64,000 bases of DNA from NCBI RefSeq assembly GCF_006345805.1, contig NW_021834204.1, forward strand, positions 3,675 through 67,674, given 5' to 3'. This DNA comes from Octopus sinensis. Its lineage: Eukaryota. The position numbers and the translations under genes were made by a program. Positions within the stretch are counted from its first letter, which is position 1; each line of letters opens with the position of its first letter. Shown here one piece after another: positions 22,069 through 37,472 of this stretch. The notes under the pieces were generated by a model that saw only the letters and a program-made list of their open reading frames with translations, did no database searches and was not told where the DNA came from.

Positions 22069-24226
22069 CTACAATGTTCAAGGCATTTACTACAGTGATA
22101 TCGCAAAGGTTGAAGAAGCACCTGGACGAAAACAAACTGTTCCCAGAAGAGCAGAAAGGATGCTGTAAAGGCTCATATGGCTGTAAAGATCAACTAATGA
22201 TTAATAAAGCCATAACTGAAGACAGCCACAGAAAGAAGAAAGGCCTCAGTATGGCCTGGATCGACTACAAAAAGGCGTTTGATAGCATCCCTCACACATG
22301 GATCCTCGAAACACTAGCCATTAACAAAGTAGCACCAACAATCATAAAATTCATAGGGCACTCTATGAATAAATGGCAAACAGTGCTACAGCTCCAAACA
22401 AAAGAGGGACTCATGAAAACCAAAGACATCCCCATTAGAAGAGGAATATTCCAGGGAGACACGCTCTCTCCACTCCTTTTCTGCTTGGCACTGTCACTTC
22501 TATCTGATATGCTAAATAGAACTGGATGCGGATATAAATGTTACGGCAAAACGATCAGCCACCTTTTATATATGGATGACCTAAAACTATACGCTACAAA
22601 TGACAAACAGCTGGAAACACTATTAAAGACAGTTCATGGATTTATCAAAGAAATAGATATGAAATTTGGATTAGAAAAATGCGCCAAAGTAACCATGAAA
22701 AGAGGAAAACTAGTTAAGAGTAGCAACATCACACTAGATAAAACCAATGAAATAAAAGAATTAGACCAAAGCCAAACTTACAAATACTTAGGAATCCATG
22801 AACTAGATAAGACACAACACACACAAATGAAATAAAAAATAAAAAAAGAATATTATAGACGAGTTAGATCAATACTAAAAACAGAGCTCAATGCTAAAAA
22901 CAAAATAATAAGTATTAACACTTTAGCTGTCCCAGTTATAAGTTACAGCTACAATATCCTTAACTGGACACTAAATTAACTGACCAAAATAGATAGGAAA
23001 ACAAGAAAAATAATGACAGGATCTAGGATGCATCACCCAAAATCTGACATAGAAAGACTATATATACAACGTATAGAAGGTGGTAGAGGCCTTATACAAC
23101 TGGAAAACTACTATAAAATAACTACCAAAGGACTGCAAAAATATCTACTTCAGAAGGAAGGAAAACTGATACAAATAGCGGCAAAACACGAGTAAAACAA
23201 AAAACTGTTCTCAGTATTTAAGGAAGCTGACAAATACAAACAAGAAATCATACCACCTAATAAACATGAAGAAGAAGAAGAAGATGAAGAAACAACAAAA
23301 GCTATAAAACAAATTAAATCCAAACTAAAAATAGAACAGCAACGAACCATGATAAAACGATGGCAAGAAAAGCCCCTTTATGGTAAATACTGGACTAAAC
23401 TAAACGCAAAAGAAATAGACAAAGAAAAATCCCAGCAATGGTTGAGAAGCTCAGGACTCAAAGCAGAAACAGAGGGATTTTTAATTGCAGCACAAGACCA
23501 AAGCCTCCCCACCAGAAATTACCAAAAACATGTAATGAAAAGAAATATAACAAGTAACTGCAGAATATGTGGAGATGGACAAGAAACAATAAATCATATT
23601 ATCTCTGGCTGCCCAGTCCTGGCTAAGAAGGAATATATTCACAGACATGACAGAGTTGGAACCTACATACATTGGAAGCTAAGCCAACATTATGGAATAA
23701 CAACAGAAAAAAGATGGTATAGGCACACACCAGAAAAGGTCACAGGAAACGAGAAAGCAAACCATACTCTGGGATATGCCGATACACACAGATAGAGAAA
23801 TTAAGGCCAACAGACCAGATATAGTTGTCAGAGATCATGAAGAAAAAAAATGCTTTCTAATTGATGTATCAATACCGGCTGATGACAACGTGTCTCTAAA
23901 AGAAATGGAGAAACTCTCAAAATACAAAGACCTGGAAATAGAGGTAACCAGAATGTGGAATCTAAAAACAGAAACAATTCCTATCATAGTAGGTGCATTA
24001 GGCATGATAAAAAAATATTCAGACAAATACATAACAAAAACACCAGGACTTACAAACACATATAACATACAGAAAATTGCACTACTAGGCACTGCACACA
24101 TCCTACGCAGAACACTTTCCATACAATAACCATCAGAGCATCACAACAAATCACAGCACATACCCAAGGCACACAGAGCTGCGCTCGGTAGTGAAGTGAA
24201 AGCACGCTATAAAAATAAAACTACTA
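22065..24226 (+). mobile_element. 5'-truncated R4/Dong-clade non-LTR retrotransposon (RT, CCHC, restriction-like endonuclease), disrupted
   Basis: EEQKGCCKGSYGCKDQL, WIDYKKAFDSIPH, GIFQGDTLSP, HLLYMDDLKL, GGRGL, CRICGDGQETINHIISGC, NRPDIVV...IDVSIP...EKLSKYKDL. In-frame TAA stops at 22833, 22977 and 23193 and one frameshift near 23760. Both flanks are (TAA)n. Confidence 0.96.
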
Positions 24227-24320
24227 AATAATAATAATAATAATAATAATATAATATAATAATATAAATAATAATAATAATATAATATTAATATAATAAT
24301 ATAATAATATAATAATAATA

Positions 24321-24349
<29 letters not shown>

Positions 24350-24351
<2 letters not shown>

Positions 24352-24678
24352 TCAAAAGATAGTGCTCATGGGAACTGCTCATATCCTACGCAAAATACTT
24401 TCTATGTAATCTCAAGTTTTAAAACAAGCATAATTTTCGTATGTTTTTTTTTAGACATTCACTAGTACAACACTAAATACAAAACCAAATATATAGCACA
24501 CTAAGCATAACAACAACATGAACTTCCAACCTGTTGTCTCTTGAGGTCTCTGGGTGAGACTTGGAGCCAACTTGTACAAATGTAAAGCAAAAGTCAAATA
24601 TAGAATAATAATAATAATAATAATAACAATAATAATAATAATAATGATAATAATAATAATAAAAATAAAAAAAAAAAA

Positions 24679-24732
<54 letters not shown>

Positions 24733-25305
24733 TCAAAAGATAGTGCTCATGGGAACTGCTCATATCCAACGCAAAATACTTTCTATGTAATCTCAAGTTT
24801 TAAAACAAGCATAATTTTCGTATGTTTTTTTTTGACATTCACTAGTACAACACTAAGTACAAAACCAAATATATAGCACACTAGGCATAACAACAACATG
24901 AACTTCCAACCTGTTGTCTCTTGAGGTCTCTGGGTGAGACTTGGAGCCAACTTGTACAAATGTAAAGCAAAAGTCAAATATAGAATAATAATAATAATAA
25001 CAATAATAATAATAATAATGATGATAATAATAATAAAAAAAAAAAATAATAATAATGATAATTCAAAAGATAGTGCTCATGGGAACTGCTCATATCCTAC
25101 GCAAAATACTTTCTATGTAATCTCAAATTTTAAAACAAGCATAATTTTCGTATGTTTTTTTTTTTGACATTCACTAGTACAACACTAAATACAAAACCAA
25201 ATATATAGCACACTAGGCATAACAACAACATGAACTTCCAGCCTGTTGTCTCTTGAGGTCTCTGGGTGAGACTTGGAGCCAACTTGTACAAATGTCAAAT
25301 ATAGA
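24350..25305 (+). mobile_element. Three tandem 3' ends (about 245-255 bp) of a second R4/Dong family, separated by (TAA)n
   Basis: Copies at 24350-24604, 24731-24984 and 25061-25305 each begin ATTCAAAAGATAGTGCTC (IQKIVLMGTAHILRKILSM*), homologous to the preceding element's C-terminus IQKIALLGTAHILRRTLS. Confidence 0.92.
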
Positions 25306-25322
25306 ATAATAATAATACTAAC

Positions 25323-25388
<66 letters not shown>

Positions 25389-25415
25389 TATAATAATAAT
25401 AATAATAAGATGATG

Positions 25416-25450
<35 letters not shown>

Positions 25451-26399
25451 GGTTTCTAACGATAAAAAGAACGAAACTTTTACTAGGGTCATAAGAATAG
25501 AAAAGAAGAAAACGTGAAGCGTGAAAGACAAGCTTAAAAATATGAATGGTAGAGTTAAGTGACGTTAAACAATACATAAAAAGGCATATTAAGATTTTTA
25601 AACGTACGCATGCGCGCACACATATGCATCTATTAATATAATACAGAAAACAAAGCATTTTTATGTTTTATAAAACATACGTTTGTCTCGGCATATTACT
25701 GCCAATATTACATAATTACTGGTTGAAACATTATATAATCCTGTTAGTTCACCTCGTCATTTTTAGCAAAAATACTGGGATACACATCAATATATGCATG
25801 TACATGCTTGCACACGAGTAAATAGAAACGTACGATAACATAATTAAAATATGATGTAATTAGGGGTAATAAGCATAAAAAATTATTGGTTAAGTTGAGT
25901 TAGGGCAGTTCACAACCCTGTTTGCTTAAACAGTTCTCATATTGTGTTCGAATGCACTAGTAAGCATTTTTTTTGAGAAAATAACCCGTGAGGAATATGC
26001 TCTTTTAAGTTAGTTGTAATACTTTATTACAATGTTTGTTTAAAGAGAAGAGGCATGTCACTGATGAGTCAGTGAATAGCGACTGAATGATTTTGGCAAA
26101 CGAGAAATCGATTTATTACAACAGTTATTTTTTTAATTTTTATTTTTATATTTACTAATTTTTTGTATGCTGGTTATATTCAGAACCTAACTGTTCTTTG
26201 TGACATTCTGATTTCTTCGGAAAGTCTGTCGCATGACAGATAGGTAATTTTGTCTATTAAATATTTTCTTGATTCCCGAGAAAAGAAAAAACAGAAAAAT
26301 ACAACAGACGGTTCTGTTCATCTTCGTCTTCATTTTTTTCATTATTTTGACTTTATTTTTTCTTATTTAGTTTTCTTTCTTTTTTTTTTTTTTTTTTTT

Positions 26400-26900
26400 T
26401 TTACTTCTTGTGGATATTCAACTCTGAGGAGCGTTTTACTACGGCAGATGTAGCAGCTAGGTTTTCAATCCTGTGTCATTAGTTTCAAGTCGTTTGTCTC
26501 AAAATCTTCTACACGTTACAGTTCCGGTATGATTCTATAGCCATCGAAGATCATTTCAACTGGAAAGTTCATTTTAACATCTGATCGCATGTCACTTTTC
26601 ATTAGCCCTGCTTTGACGATTCGCCGTTACTGCGATACAAAATCGATGACAAGCCACGAATCTGCATAGGTACCGATTTCGCTTATCATAATTCTTGTAG
26701 TTCTTTGACTCATGTACTTGGACACTATATATTTATACAGTTTGACAATTTCAACCCAAGTGTTTGCGGAGTCTTCAGGTTCTGGCGAGAGGATTTCTCC
26801 CTATATATCCTGAGGATCTAACAGTACTTGATATGAGAAAAGATTTAGTCCACTTCCATCCTTTCGTAGTCAGAGTTATATATTTTTCTCTTTACCTACT
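26400..26900 (-). mobile_element. Possible highly decayed Tc1-like transposase N-terminus
   Basis: Minus strand gives LYKYIVSKY and KNYDKRNRYLCRFVACHRF, weakly like Tc1 DNA-binding region motifs; many stops. Confidence 0.3.
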
Positions 26901-27539
26901 CTCTTCTGAATTATCTCCTGTGACAGAGAAATGGTGTTAAGCTTTAAAAAATTCCCCATCTACATATTTTAGCAGTCCTTTGTTATTGACGAAATAATTC
27001 ACCCACACAACTTTCTCTTATCACATAGATAAAGAGGCTTGGCTGAAACAGAGAGTGAATGATTTCATATCTTCATATAAACATCCAGTATACCAATATC
27101 GAAGAATCACCCATATTTTTTCTTGCAGCTATAACAGTTCTAAAAATTTGTTCCGTTTATGATGATGTTATGGAAAGTCTTGCCTTAACTGTTTTATGAA
27201 CTGATCACAGTATCTGACTTTATGTAACCGTCGAAACTTCTAAAATTATTTTTACGACAGTCAGTGTCGTCAAAATGATTTATTTGAATATTTGGATCAT
27301 TTTCACTAAACTGTTAATTTTTCCCTCTTCCTCTTGTTTGTTCGATTTTGTGTATTTTTCTTTGTATTGTTGTCTTTAGTCGTGAAGTTTATGTATCTCT
27401 AGTCGCCCTTTAGCTCTCTCTCTCTCTATCTATCTATATTTACACACACACACACACACCTCAGAACCTCCCAATATTATGGCCCATTAGTTAAGTATAA
27501 TCCTAGCATAGCAGGATCACCAATGAAGACTGTCTGGCA

Positions 27540-27760
27540 ATACCTATTTCTTTACTACCCACAAGGGGCCAAATAAGAGGACAAATAAGGTCAGACAAAC
27601 GGATTAAATCGATTATATCGACTGGTACTTATTTAATCGACCCCGAAAGGATGAAAGGCAAAGTTGACCTTCGCGGAATTTGAACTCAGAACGCAGCGGC
27701 AGACGAAATACCGCTAAGCATTTCGCCCGGCTTGCTAACGTCTCTGCCAGCTAGCCGCCT
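27540..27760 (-). mobile_element. Family A SINE monomer (tail 1)
   Basis: Reverse complement runs from GGCGGCTAGCTGGCAGAG to GTAAAGAAATAGGTATT. Confidence 0.9.
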
Positions 27761-27989
27761 TCTGTCTGGCAATACCAATATATGTAATAATACAAACAAC
27801 AAAACCACCATAAACCGCGGACTCTAATAAATTCAACCTTATTAGCGATATGAAAAAGTGACAACTTACTCGGGTTAACTTTAGGCATTGTCGAGTATTA
27901 CCTGACTGGTCTGTTCTGGAAGACATTCAGACTGACGACTATTATAGATAACTTTCAGAACTCATTAATCTATCAGTGCTTATGAAAGG

Positions 27990-28270
27990 TAGCGCTAATT
28001 CGAGACAAGCCACACCAACGTGAAACTGTCATTAGGGGAGGCTATCCAAGATGTTTGCAGAGTAACCAAATCGGTGTCCGATCAGTTTTTGATATCTGGA
28101 ATAGTGTTGAACAAATGTCGTCATGTTGAAGTGAGTATCAGTCGAGTCCCTCGTAAAAATCGGTGAGCATGATTTTTAACCGTCAATGCATTGACAACCT
28201 GATGGAATTTTGGTAAGAAGGCGAGAACTATGAAGGAGAACATATTATTGATCGAGTTGCTAAAACTGTT
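27990..28270 (+). mobile_element. Decayed mariner-type transposase fragment
   Basis: VEVSISRVPRK and QCIDNLMEFW*EGENYEGEHIIDRVAKTVDEK resemble KVSARWVPR and C.E.L....EG..FLDRIVTGDEK. Confidence 0.4.
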
Positions 28271-28319
28271 GATGAAAAACAAGAATTAAAATAAATAGGA
28301 AAAAAATAGGAACGTATTT

Positions 28320-28394
28320 ATCTGACAAGTTCTCTCCTTCTCTCTCTCTTTTGTCCTCTCTCTCTCTCTCTCTTTCTTGTCTTCTCTTTCTCTC

Positions 28395-28459
<65 letters not shown>

Positions 28460-28700
28460 TTACATACACTTACATGTATACAAATATAGATATACATAAT
28501 ATGTACTATATATGATACATACATAGATACACACATACACTGTAAACTATATGGCGAGAATTTTACAATTTAATTGAAAACATATTCTAAGAGTAATGAA
28601 TTAGCAAAAATCTCGATAGAGTAAAATAACTCCAGAGAATTTATATATGCAGATATAGCGGCGATAACATTACTTAATCACATGCCAAACATCCAAACAA

Positions 28701-28742
<42 letters not shown>

Positions 28743-28751
28743 ATCTATATA

Positions 28752-28782
<31 letters not shown>

Positions 28783-29132
28783 ATATGGCACACGCATACA
28801 GACACATATATGTACACACACATACACACATATATATATATATAATATATATACATGTATGTATACACATATATGTATACACACACAACACACACACACA
28901 CACACACACCACACATATATATATATATATATGTACAGACATAAACACACAAACACATACACACACACATATATATATATAAGCATATATATATGTGAAG
29001 ACATATATCTATATAAAACATGCATATACATGTATGCATAATAAGTGTATGTACATAAGTATGCATACATACATACATACACATATGTTTGTGTTCACGC
29101 CCATACACAAACAAACACCCACATATACATGC

Positions 29133-29176
<44 letters not shown>

Positions 29177-29200
29177 GCATACAAATGTGCATATACATGT
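28320..29200. repeat. (CT)n/(TA)n/(CA)n microsatellite tract
   Basis: Directly visible simple repeats. Confidence 0.95.
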
Positions 29201-29689
29201 ATAAAAATAAATCTCCCTAAAAAGTTTCATAGCCTTGTGCCTATGTTAATATATCATCGCTATTGAAGATTATTTATTGAACATTAATGCGAAGCAAACA
29301 ACATTATCAGTTGTATTACGACTCGTTTCATGATGTGGCGGTTGTCGAGATTATGAAACTTTCCTCTCATATTACTTCTTCCCCTCGCGATTCCACTTCG
29401 CATTTATTTATTATCACCTTCTTCTCTTATCAATTCTATCTAGCGTTTATCATTTGATAATAATGAAATAAATAAACAACAGGAAGATGAAATAGATTAT
29501 GAAAATGAAAGAAAAGCAAAGAAATAATTTAAACAAAGCTTCACCGCAAAAAAAAAATGAAAAAATATATATATAATGGAGAAGAAAGAACTGAAAATGT
29601 AGCTAATAACTAAAAAATTATTTTTCCTGAAAATGCAGAAAATAAATATATAAAAAAATAGTGAAAAAGATAGAAAAAGTGAATGTTAT

Positions 29690-29949
29690 TAACATTATCA
29701 TCATCATATTGATGTCCATCCTCTTCATCCATCATCATTGTTTTCCTCATCGTTGTCATCATCGACATCCTTCGCCTCCTCTTCAACATGATCATGATCA
29801 TCATCATTATCGACGTCATCATCGTTTACATTGTCGTCATCGATATCGTCGTCGTCGTAATGATGATGATGATCATCATCATCATCATCATACACACCAC
29901 CACCGCCACGATCATCATTATCTTCACCATCATCGTCGTCGTCATTATC

Positions 29950-29987
<38 letters not shown>

Positions 29988-30209
29988 GTTTTACAAAGTC
30001 GCAGTCGACGCCGTGATCCTCATCATCTTCATGTTTATGATCATTATTATTAACATCATCAGCCCTCCTCCTCCTCCTCCTCCTCCTCCTCCTCCTCATC
30101 ATCATCATCATCATCGTCATCACTAATACTGTCACAACAACCGCTGCCGGCACCAGCACCAGCACCACAATCATCATCACCATCATGATCGTCGTCGTTG
30201 TTGTCATCA

Positions 30210-30259
<50 letters not shown>

Positions 30260-30622
30260 TATCATCATCATCACTAATACTGTCACAACAACGCTGCCGG
30301 CACCAGCACCACCACCACACCATCATCATCACCATCACGATCGTCGTCGTTGTTGTCATCATCATCATCATCATCATATCATCATCATCATCATCATCAT
30401 CATCATGTTTTACAAAGTCGCAGTCGACGCCGTGATCCTCATCATCTTCATGTTTATGATCATTATTATTAACATCATCAGCCATCCTCCTCCTCCTCCT
30501 CCTCCTCCTCCTCCTCATCATCATCATCATCATCGTCATCACTAATACTGTCACAACAACCGCTGCCGGCACCAGCACCAGCACCACCATCATCATCACC
30601 ATCATGATCGTCGTCGTTGTTG

Positions 30623-30680
<58 letters not shown>

Positions 30681-30778
30681 TATCATCATCATCACTAATA
30701 CTGTCACAACAACCGCTGCCGGCACCAGCACCACCACCACCACCATCATCATCACCATCACGATCGTCGTCGTTGTTG

Positions 30779-30831
<53 letters not shown>

Positions 30832-30919
30832 GTCATCACTAATACTGTCACAACAACCGCTGCCGGCACCAGCACCACCACCACCACCATCAGCACCACC
30901 ATCATGATCGTCGTTGTTG

Positions 30920-30972
<53 letters not shown>

Positions 30973-30975
30973 GAG
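29690..30975. repeat. (CAT)n-based compound minisatellite with higher-order repeats
   Basis: Island CACTAATACTGTCACAACAA(C)CGCTGCCGGCACCAGC occurs five times (about 30120, 30271, 30540, 30693, 30836); island GTTTTACAAAGTCGCAGTCGACGCCGTGATCC twice (about 29987, 30406). Confidence 0.93.
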
Positions 30976-31219
30976 TAACGATCTCATTTCCATACATCCC
31001 CACGTACAACCTCAATTACAAAACCACGTTTGCACATCATGGTGTACATGGCGGTGTAGAACCCTCCTGTAGTTCATCATTTTAATACCCCCCCCCCACA
31101 CACACCACACAACCCTTATGATCCCCCCCCCATCCACACTCTCCTTCAGTATGAACATCATTGTCATATTGCACTCAACACCAAAATCATAACCGTCAGC
31201 ATCATCATCATCATCATTA

Positions 31220-31257
<38 letters not shown>

Positions 31258-31429
31258 CCAACCCCCTTCTTCTTCCTCCTCCTCCTGCTCCTCGTCATCA
31301 TCATCATTATTGTCATTTGTAATTACTTTTTTTTTGTGTGTTTTGCATTTTATTTTGCAATTTAATAATAAACAATAAAAATATGCACGCCAGAAATAAC
31401 ACGCCGATACACCACAGGCCCAGGAAGAC

Positions 31430-31955
31430 GACGGCGACCACCAGCATCACCACCACCACCAGTACCACCAGCACCAGCACCACCACCACAACCACCACCA
31501 TCACCACCACCACCACCACCAACACCGTCACTACCGTCACCACCACCACCACCATAACCACCACCACCACCACCAACACCGTCACCACCGTCACCACCAC
31601 CACCACCATAACCACCACCACCACCACCAACACCGTCACCACCGTCACCACCACCACCACCATAACACAACCACCACCACCAACCCGTCACACCGTCACC
31701 ACCACCACCACCATAACCACCACCACCACACCAACACCGTCATCAACCGTCACCACCACCACACCATAACCACCACCACCACCACAACACCGTCATCACC
31801 GTCACCACCACACACCACCATAACACACCACCACCACCAACACGGTCACCAACCGTCACCACCACCACCAACATAACCACCACCACCACCACCAACACCG
31901 TCACCACCGTCACCACCACCACCAACATAACCACCACCACCACCACCACCAATCA
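31430..31955. repeat. (ACC)-derived minisatellite, about 51 bp unit
   Basis: Unit ACCACCACCACCACCATAACCACCACCACCACCAACACCGTCACCACCGTC repeated, with indels in later copies. Confidence 0.9.
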
Positions 31956-31959
31956 CTAT

Positions 31960-32008
31960 CACTACTGCAATAATAATAATAATAATAATAATGTGAGATG
32001 ATGATGAT

Positions 32009-32040
<32 letters not shown>

Positions 32041-32155
32041 AATAATAATACTAAAATAAAGGTAATAATAAAAATAAAATAATAATAATAGTCATAATAA
32101 TAATAATAATAATTATAATAATAATAATAATAATAATAAAATAATAATGATGATA

Positions 32156-32194
<39 letters not shown>

Positions 32195-32836
32195 GTAATA
32201 ATAACGTTTTTATTATTTTTTTATATTTATATGAAAAGCCCCTTTGATTGTTCCAGGAGTGTAGATTTAGTGGGGCGGTTATCAGATCCCTAGGGCTTGA
32301 AGGATAACTTCTCCCACCCAAACGCTTCGTAGTAGATTGTTTGTTTGATGTCAGCCTGTGTGTGGGGCAGCCCAAGTGTGGGGGCGTGGTGGTAAAGACT
32401 GTGGACGATTGGGAAGAATACAAGTTATGATGATGACGGCGGTGGTAGTGGTAGTGGTAAGAGTTGTGGTGATGGTGGTGGTGGTGGTGATGAGGATTGT
32501 GTTAATGCTTGTGAAACTTTGTGAATGATGGTGATGGCAACTGGGTGATTGGTGGGCTTGGTAATATCGTATGTGTGTATGTGTGTGTGTGTGTGTATGT
32601 AAATTTGTGCGTGTGTGTGTGTGCGTGTTTGTGTGTGTGTGTGTGTGTATGTGGGGTTCGAGAAGCACCGGTAGCACTGCTGTTGTTAGCCTTGATGAGG
32701 ACGATGATCTTGATGAGCATGTTGATGATGATGATGATGATGATGATGATGTTGATGATGATGATGATGATGATGATGTTGATGATGATGATGTTGATGA
32801 TGATGATGATGATGATGATGCTGATGATGATGATGT

Positions 32837-32867
<31 letters not shown>

Positions 32868-33995
32868 ATCGCTGCTGCTGATGAAGATGATGATGATGAT
32901 GATGATGTTGTTGATGACAATGATGGTATTGCTGATGATGATAATGAGGAGGAGGAGGGGAAGGAGGAGGCAGAGGGTGATGATGACGATGATGATGAGA
33001 ACGAGGAGGAGGAGGACGAGGAGAAGAAGGAAGAATCATGGAGAATGTGATAATGATTGATGGCTTGCTGGTGGTGGCAGTGACAATCAGACCCGGTGAT
33101 GATCTGTTAGCAATGGTATTCATGATGATGGCAATCAAGATGGCCGTGGATGTGTTGTCGTTGTTGTTGTTATTGGCTGTTAGTGGGTTGTAGTTGTGGT
33201 AATGATTTTGGCAGTGGTAATGCTAGCGGTAGTATTTATTCATGATATTTATGATGATGATGATGACATTGTTGTTGTTGTTGTTGATGATGATGACGAT
33301 GATGATCATGGTGATGACCATGGGGATCATGATAATGTTGTTGACGAAGATGATCGTGTTGGTAAATATCGCTGAAGATGACTGCGAGAGCGATGTAGGA
33401 CGAGGAGGAGGAGGAGGGGGAGGAGGGGAAAGAGAAGGAGGTGGTGTTACAAATGATCAATGAAGATTGGTAGTGGTGGTGGGTGGCGGTGGTATTAATA
33501 ATGATAATGTCGATGAGTGATAGCCGTCGTGATGGAAGGAAATATCACCACTACCAAAATCATCATTATCCTCCTCCTCCTCATCATGATCATCGTCATC
33601 GTCATCATCATTATCATCATCCCCATCGTCGTCATCATCATCATCATCCTCCTCCTCCTCCTCCTCCTCCTCATCATCATCATCATTATCGTCAACACCA
33701 TTATCTTCGTCGTCATCATAACCGCCACTACCACCACCAGCACCACCAGCACCACCACCACCACTACCACCACCACCACCACCACCACCACCATCATTAT
33801 TATCTATTTCTCTTCCGTTAAACAAATTACCAGGCTCTCTTTGCACAGCGTACCTTTCATGTTGTGGAAAAAATTTCGGGGGTAAAAATCAAATCGCAAA
33901 AGTGATTTATATCAGGGCGTTGATGTTAATGACGATGATGATGGGAATAATAATAATAATAATGATAATAATAATAATAATAATAAATAATAATG

Positions 33996-34027
<32 letters not shown>

Positions 34028-34107
34028 TAATAATAATAATAAATAATAATGATAATAATAATAATAATAATAATAATATAATAATAATAATAACAATAAT
34101 AATAATG

Positions 34108-34148
<41 letters not shown>

Positions 34149-34178
34149 TAATAATAATAATAATATATAATAATAATA

Positions 34179-34232
<54 letters not shown>

Positions 34233-34795
34233 TAATAATAATGGTGATGATGATGATGTCAATTTGAACATATAGAATTTTTGAAGATTGTTAATCACAA
34301 AAACTGTGAATAAGACCACAAAGGGAAATGAAACAAAACAAACAAAAATTAGTAAAAAAAAAAAGCAAAAAGTATAAACCGACAAAAATCAACAACAACA
34401 ACAACAACGACAATAATGACAACAAGAAAAGGCATTATTTCAACAGCTAATCATTGATTTAAGTATTTTGTTTTATTTTTTATTTTTTATTTATATTTAT
34501 TACCCGTTATTTTTTGTACCGTTTGATTTGTTTTTTTATTTAATTATTTAATTATTTTTATATATTTATTTGATAATGTATTTTTTAAAATTTTAACATC
34601 ATCATCATCATCATCATCATCATCATGAGCAGCAATAACAACAAGAATAAAATAACAAGAAATTAATGCAAACATACAAAAAAAAACAAAAACAAACTAT
34701 TCAAACGGAATGCCAATGAACAACAAAACGAAATAACAAAAACAATGAAATAAAAATATAATAATAGTAATAATAATAACAACAACAACAACAAC

Positions 34796-34835
<40 letters not shown>

Positions 34836-35080
34836 TATTAATAATATAATAATAATAATATAATAATAATAATAATAATGATAATAATAATAATAACAAT
34901 AATATAATAATAATAATAATATAATAATAATAATGATAATAATAATAATAATGATAATATAATAATAATAATAATAACAATAATAATATAATAATAATAT
35001 AATATAATAATGATATAATAATAATGATAATAATAATAATAATAACAATAATAATAATAAAATAAAATCATAATATAATG

Positions 35081-35114
<34 letters not shown>

Positions 35115-35123
35115 TAATATAAC

Positions 35124-35191
<68 letters not shown>

Positions 35192-35297
35192 AAATAATAA
35201 TAATCATGATGATGAGGATGATGATGATGTTCATGATGGGGGCCATGATAATAATATGGATGATGTTATGGATGGTGGAGATGACGATGACGAAGAT

Positions 35298-35328
<31 letters not shown>

Positions 35329-35400
35329 CGATGATATGATGATGATGATGATCTTGATATGATAATAAAAAAATAATAATATTAATAATAAAGTAATAAG
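31960..35400. repeat. Extended (AAT)/(GAT)/(CAT)/(CCT)/(ACC)/(TG) microsatellite field
   Basis: Directly visible; produces the poly-D/M/H/S/I/L/Y ORFs. Confidence 0.95.
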
Positions 35401-35799
35401 GCATTTGCAATACAAATGAAATAAAAAAAAGCAGAAAATACGCTGATAACAAAATAATTTCTACTTCAACAAAAGCGCCCCCACACAAGTTTGCAACTGA
35501 AAAAAAAAAACAAAACAGTAATAAACAAAACAATAAACAACGAATAATTTTATTAAAATCAATATAGAAATCAATCATTGATTGGATTTGTGTAAAATTT
35601 CACTCCACTTGGTTTTTGCCAAAGTTAACTATTTTTTCTTCTTTGCAACAGATAGTTTTATATCAAATTGCTGCCTGGTTTTAATTGATCTAGAGAAGGT
35701 TCACTTCGATGATTATTAAGTTTTCTTTTATCCGCTTATTTGGTGAAATTATCGAACATTTTAAATTACTCATTCTATCCTCAAGCAAAATAAATAAAT

Positions 35800-36960
<1,161 letters not shown>

Positions 36961-37426
36961 TTCTATCTACCTATATGAGAAGTTTTGGCATCCAGAAGAC
37001 CCAAAAGGCAGGTAACGCATATTATTTTGTCATCCATTTATTAGCACATACATATATGTACACATATATACATTTATAGATAAATGCATATATGCATACA
37101 CACACACATGTATATTTAGATAAGGAGTAGGGACTACAATCATCACTACAAGGCATGATGCCCCTGCCTTATGTGAGTCCTAGGCCTAGCTGATTCAGGC
37201 TGACATTACCTGGAATGGGTCTCTGTTGAAAGTTACATCTCTCTGCATTCGATAGTGTTGAGAAATGTGGTTCAGAGGGAGAGCAATGCGCCACTATTTA
37301 AATTACTACAAAAACGAGTCGCCCGATTCTCTATGAAAAATGGGAGAAGCTAATACATACGCACGCGCACACACATCTGTGTGTGAGTGTGTGTCTGTCT
37401 GTCCGTCTGTCTGTCTGTCTGTCTGG

Positions 37427-37472
<46 letters not shown>

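Noticed and set aside
26055-26095. CTGATGAGTC...GACTGAA hammerhead-like string
   Set aside because: The GAAA core is absent (GAAT) and no stem I/III pairing was found.
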